Source of the DNA: an uncultured Alphaproteobacteria bacterium
GTDB lineage: Bacteria; Pseudomonadota; Alphaproteobacteria; Rs-D84
Direction of reading: 5' to 3'
DNA length: 64,000 bases
Assembly: GCA_944389595.1 (NCBI GenBank)
Contig: CALXMY010000004.1
Coordinates: 29 to 64,028 of the forward strand
The notes beneath the pieces were generated by a model that was not told the DNA's origin, ran no database searches, and saw only the letters and a program-made list of their open reading frames with translations. The stretch's first letter is position 1. Every line of letters starts with the position of its first letter. Positions 60,715 through 64,000 of the stretch are shown here, one piece after another. The position numbers and the translations under genes are program-made.

Positions 60715-61410
60715 ATGACACAATGGACTGATTTTCAAGCCAAATTATCGGAATATTTTCATTCTGGACAACAGATTTCTTTCTGGTGGCGGGAGGATGA
60801 CGTTTCTTATGATTGTGCTAATCTGCGCATAGTGCTTGATGTCCTTTCAAAATATAACGTCCCTGTGTTATGTGGTGCTATCCCAAAATTATTAACACTA
60901 GACATGATTCTGACACTTAAGCAATATACGAACGTTTCTGTATGTCAGCATGGTTTATTTCATCAGAACAACTACACACAAGGCCATAAGTGCGAATTCG
61001 ATACAAATGAGTCATTGGGGCAATTGCTTATAGGGCGAGATTTCCTACGAACTACATTTGCATCTCAGTTTATAAATGTGTATATTCCCCCTTGGAACAA
61101 TATCAGCAAATCTTTTAAGGATTTTTTGCTAGCAAACGGATATTGTGCTGTATCTGCCTGGAATTATTCACCAGATAGAAAAAGACCTTATAATTTTGAC
61201 GTAGATCTGATAGATTGGTCAAAGTCTGAATCTTTTGAAGACGAAAGTTTCGTAATTAGACAGATATTGCAATGCTTTGAACGTAATGACTTCCATATCG
61301 GTATAGTTAATCACCACAGGACTATTAGTAAAAAGGGTGTAAAATTCATAGAAAAGTTACTTGCGGAATTTTCCAAATATCCAAACATTTCTTGGTTCTT
61401 ACCGTTTTAG
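60715..61410 (+). CDS. CE4 (NodB)-like polysaccharide deacetylase family protein
   Basis: ATG at 60715. The track ORF from 60193 is antisense overlap with the neighbouring GT gene. Motifs: WWREDDV, CQHGLFH, YIPPWN. Confidence 0.5.
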   Translation: MTQWTDFQAKLSEYFHSGQQISFWWREDDVSYDCANLRIVLDVLSKYNVPVLCGAIPKLLTLDMILTLKQYTNVSVCQHGLFHQNNYTQGHKCEFDTNESLGQLLIGRDFLRTTFASQFINVYIPPWNNISKSFKDFLLANGYCAVSAWNYSPDRKRPYNFDVDLIDWSKSESFEDESFVIRQILQCFERNDFHIGIVNHHRTISKKGVKFIEKLLAEFSKYPNISWFLPF

Positions 61411-62150
61411 TCATTTCGTGTCACAACACCTATAGTCCCATGGATATAAAATTTATATCTTGTGTTTCTCTCTATAAACATTTGTGCACCCTTTTGAACT
61501 TCTTTTCCCCATTTACCACATACATCATGCAAAACCACACAACCGTTAGAATTTAACATTTCTGTTGTTAGTTTTAGGTTTGACTCTACTGATTCCGCAT
61601 AATGATCCGCATCAATAAATATTAAATCAAATTTTCTTTTTTGTTCTAATACAGTGGATATTACAGGAATTTTTAGCATATCTGGATTATTGGGCAAATG
61701 GTAGGCTATGGTATTATCATCGGGTATTTTTGAAAAAAACGCTTTTATTTTTGTGATTCTATCACACAGACTAAAATTCTTGCTTAAGGCTTGAAAATAG
61801 TAATCTGTACTTTCATTTAATTCTACTCCATATGTTTTGGCATCGCTCTTTATAGAAAGACATGGATCTACACAATAAATTTTCGATTTTTTAAATAATG
61901 TTAATAAAACTATTGCGCTAACACCAACAAAACTACCTATCTCTAATACAGATGAAATATCCTTATCCTTGGCAATATCATAAATAGACTTTATATCATC
62001 TGGAATTAAACACACACTATATAGCAGCTCTTTAGGAATCCCCATCTGTCGCAGTATTTTAAATGAGGCCTCTCTGATTTCTAATGCTTTTGTTAAATAC
62101 ATATAAAATCCGTTTTTAATAAAACGTAATATATTTTTTTGTATTGTCAA
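61407..62150 (-). CDS. Class I SAM-dependent (O-)methyltransferase (CmcI/Methyltransf_24-like)
   Basis: VLEIGSFVGVSAI (motif I) and LIFIDADHYAESV. The start is TTG 62150 or ATG 62102. Confidence 0.65.
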   Translation of the reverse strand: MTIQKNILRFIKNGFYMYLTKALEIREASFKILRQMGIPKELLYSVCLIPDDIKSIYDIAKDKDISSVLEIGSFVGVSAIVLLTLFKKSKIYCVDPCLSIKSDAKTYGVELNESTDYYFQALSKNFSLCDRITKIKAFFSKIPDDNTIAYHLPNNPDMLKIPVISTVLEQKRKFDLIFIDADHYAESVESNLKLTTEMLNSNGCVVLHDVCGKWGKEVQKGAQMFIERNTRYKFYIHGTIGVVTRND

Positions 62151-62163
62151 GAAGTTAGTAGCA

Positions 62164-62913
62164 CTAGACTGTTTTTCTTCGAAACTTTTTATTTAGTTTG
62201 ACTACTTTTTTCAATAAATATCCTAAGGATTCTCGCTTGTTTTGAACATAAAATGCATGAACATCTTTTGGAAAACATTTGCCCCCATAGCCAAATGAGC
62301 CGTCTGGTCCTGGCACCATAGTATGAACTGGACTTATATATTTGCTTAGCACAACTCCTTTTCTAACTTTTTGAAAATCGACATTAAATTTTGAACAACA
62401 TTCATATACTGCATTAAAGTACGTTACTTTTAATGCCCCAAAAACATTATGTGCATACTTTGCAATTTCTGCTTCTGTACTGGACATTTGTATAAATGGT
62501 TTATTTGGAAATATTGTTTTTAATAAATTTTTTCGTCCTGTAAATACCATGTGCTGTTGATTAAAATCTTTGCGAGCCGTCCTTTCTGTTAAAAATTCTG
62601 GCATAAAATAAATATCTTTGTGAAACTTTGCCCTCAGTTTGTTTGTTGTTCCCGGCAAAAGTGTCGTTCTAATAAAAATAGGTTTATTTGGCAGCTCAAC
62701 AATTATTTTTTCTAAATTTTTTAGATTTTGTTTGCCGTTTCTTTCTGTAGGGATGTGTATTTGTATAAAATAAACATCGCAATCATCAATATTGTCCAAA
62801 TAGCCTTTTGCTGGATCTTGAATTTTTACAATATGTCTAGTATTAGCTCGTAGCCAGTCTTTCAGCACAGTCCCGATTACACCACAGCCAATAATTCCGA
62901 TTTTCTTACTCAT
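62164..62913 (-). CDS. Short UDP-glucose/GDP-mannose dehydrogenase family protein (NAD-binding plus central domain with catalytic Cys), lacking the usual C-terminal UDP-binding domain
   Basis: ATG at 62913. MSKKIGIIGCGVIG... (Rossmann) and ...GYGGKCFPKD... (catalytic Cys box). Only 249 aa. Confidence 0.6.
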   Translation of the reverse strand: MSKKIGIIGCGVIGTVLKDWLRANTRHIVKIQDPAKGYLDNIDDCDVYFIQIHIPTERNGKQNLKNLEKIIVELPNKPIFIRTTLLPGTTNKLRAKFHKDIYFMPEFLTERTARKDFNQQHMVFTGRKNLLKTIFPNKPFIQMSSTEAEIAKYAHNVFGALKVTYFNAVYECCSKFNVDFQKVRKGVVLSKYISPVHTMVPGPDGSFGYGGKCFPKDVHAFYVQNKRESLGYLLKKVVKLNKKFRRKTV

Positions 62914-63119
62914 AGTAATCTGTTTCCAGTTTTGTTTTATTGTGCCATGATTGTTTAATGTTCGCAATATTTATTCTGTATTTTGCCTAAATCAGCATTT
63001 CTTCCTTGAAATCTAGCGTTATTGTTGTGCCAACATTTTCTATTTTGATTACAGCATTGCTTTCCACGTTCCGGCAGAAGAATTTCACGGTCAGCTCTCT
63101 CAAGTCCTTGCTTGTCTTT

Positions 63120-63386
63120 TCATACCTGAATCCATATCCAGCGCATTTCTCTGGCCTTATCCTTGGCTTGTTGCACAGTTATTTCGCCATATTTTCCAAT
63201 CAGGATGTTTCTGTGTTTGAACTCTATCCTGCATCCCAGGTAGAACCGGATGTAGTTTGTCCCTGGTGAATATCTCAGATACAGCCCTGGAATGGTTCCA
63301 TCGCTTATCTGCATATGTTCTTTTGATCTCAGTCCTTGAATCCAGGATTCTCTGAACTGTCGCTTTTCACATAGCCATTTTGTCAT
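63120..63386 (-). pseudogene. Remnant of a P4-type tyrosine integrase: the N-terminal arm-binding (DUF4102-like) domain only
   Basis: ...ISDGTIPGLYLRYSPGTNYIRFYLGCRI...ILIGKYGEITVQQAKDKAREMR matches the GLyLrV.psG.k.w..ry...gk...lG.yp..sl..AR pattern. The ORF stops after 88 aa, and I found no catalytic-domain ORF downstream. Confidence 0.7.
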
Positions 63387-63449
63387 TTTTTTGCCTCTTG
63401 CTTTTTACACAACAATGCCGATAAAAAAATGAATATCCAGTAGAAAGAA

Positions 63450-63608
63450 TCAAGAAATTACAACGGCTTTATTAGCCACCCAGTTGTCCACGTCAGCCTT
63501 TCTGTAGCGAACCAGATGGCCAATCTTTACATATACCGGTCCAATGCCTTTCAAGCGGTAATCAACAATAGTTGAAACAGCGATGTCTTTGGATATTCCC
63601 GTTTTCAT
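63450..63608 (-). CDS. AlpA/excisionase-family small HTH protein (52 aa)
   Basis: Hand translation gives MKTGISKDIAVSTIVDYRLKGIGPVYVKIGHLVRYRKADVDNWVANKAVVIS*. The ...G..P..kiG..vRy...dv..W pattern is typical of AlpA/Xis HTH_17 proteins. It is below the ORF-track cutoff. Confidence 0.6.
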   Translation of the reverse strand: MKTGISKDIAVSTIVDYRLKGIGPVYVKIGHLVRYRKADVDNWVANKAVVIS

Positions 63609-64000
63609 CCAAATAACCAATTTGCAGAATAGATTTATACTTTTCTGGTATCCAGTTCAGGTATTCCGTTATCGGCAACGCACAATCAGACGGTATTCCC
63701 GCATATCCAGTAATTACACCTTCGTTTAATGCAGCCCATCTTTCCTGTTGCACTCTGGTCAAGTTTTCTTGATTTTTATTTATTCCCAGCATATTGAACA
63801 AGGTTTTTACTTCCGTCAACCACTGTTCGCTAACTTGTATTTGTCCTTTTTGTGCCTGCTTAAACAACTTAAAATAGGTATTCAACCAAAAATGCGACAT
63901 TTCGTGTGGTAAAGTTGTTGTATTAAAGTTTCTACCTAAGACAATTACATTTAATTCAGCATCGTAAAAGCCGTTTTGTATGCGACCTTGCTGATAAATA
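63562..64000 (-). CDS. C-terminal part of a larger protein (5' end outside the window) containing an HExxH metallopeptidase-like motif
   Basis: The frame stays open upstream of the listed Met to base 64000 (...NFNTTTLPHEMSHFWLNTYF...). HEMSH is an HExxH motif. Confidence 0.55.
   Translation of the reverse strand, partial: IYQQGRIQNGFYDAELNVIVLGRNFNTTTLPHEMSHFWLNTYFKLFKQAQKGQIQVSEQWLTEVKTLFNMLGINKNQENLTRVQQERWAALNEGVITGYAGIPSDCALPITEYLNWIPEKYKSILQIGYLDENGNIQRHRCFNYC

Larger units (their letters stand above)
46854..63119. mobile_element. Putative horizontally acquired block (genomic-island-like), bounded by the truncated tRNA-Asn and a truncated integrase. It is AT-richer and uses AGA Arg codons, unlike the backbone.
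   Basis: My spot G+C counts are 21/60 at 49441-49500, against 25/60 at 10441-10500 and 30/60 at 26401-26460. AGA/AGG Arg codons are frequent here, whereas the backbone favours CGC/CGT. Confidence 0.55.

Noticed and set aside
62968-63119. Search for the missing integrase catalytic domain in other frames downstream of the 88-aa stump
   Set aside because: Hand translation of all minus frames gives only short stop-interrupted peptides with no R...HxxR...Y-type integrase features. The remaining space before the Ugd-like gene (about 150 nt) is far too small. I therefore call it a truncation rather than a simple frameshift.
63006-63269. 87-aa plus ORF opposite the integrase remnant
   Set aside because: It is antisense to the recognisable DUF4102-like integrase N-domain and has no motif or RBS.

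Overview
The window comes from a moderately AT-rich diderm (Gram-negative) bacterium; I cannot fix the lineage by eye. Bases 4.4-46.7 kb are a dense housekeeping backbone. It includes lysS, tgt, queA, era, dcd-like, rlpA, murJ, bamD, htpX, tdk, prmC, ftsH, tilS, groES/groEL, secG, rnc, lepB, comM/yifB, a class A PBP, ligA and fabI. It also carries three M23/LytM peptidases, three beta-barrel OMPs and many hairpin terminators. Five things stand out. (1) A very large Cys-rich surface or membrane protein gene runs off the left edge (1-4123, minus). It is missing from the ORF track and is preceded by a perfect 31-bp inverted repeat. (2) Two tRNA genes, Gly-GCC and Arg-ACG, are each followed by tandem repeats that re-copy the tRNA 3' end. 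(3) A RelA/SpoT-like nucleotidyltransferase candidate sits directly after lysS. (4) An MsbA-like ABC transporter is frameshifted. (5) The best candidate for a novel system is a visibly more AT-rich ~16-kb block (about 46.85-63.1 kb). It is wedged between a tRNA-Asn gene cut at its anticodon loop and a P4-type integrase cut after its N-terminal domain. The block holds a compact nuclease module and a glycosylation/modification cluster with TPR-like glycosyltransferases, a radical SAM enzyme, RNA-methyltransferase-like enzymes, and a short Ugd-like gene plus UXS. I saw no flippase, polymerase, ABC exporter or priming transferase in it. All calls come from reading the sequence and remembered family motifs; no searches were run. 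Motif coordinates may be off by 1-2 nt.
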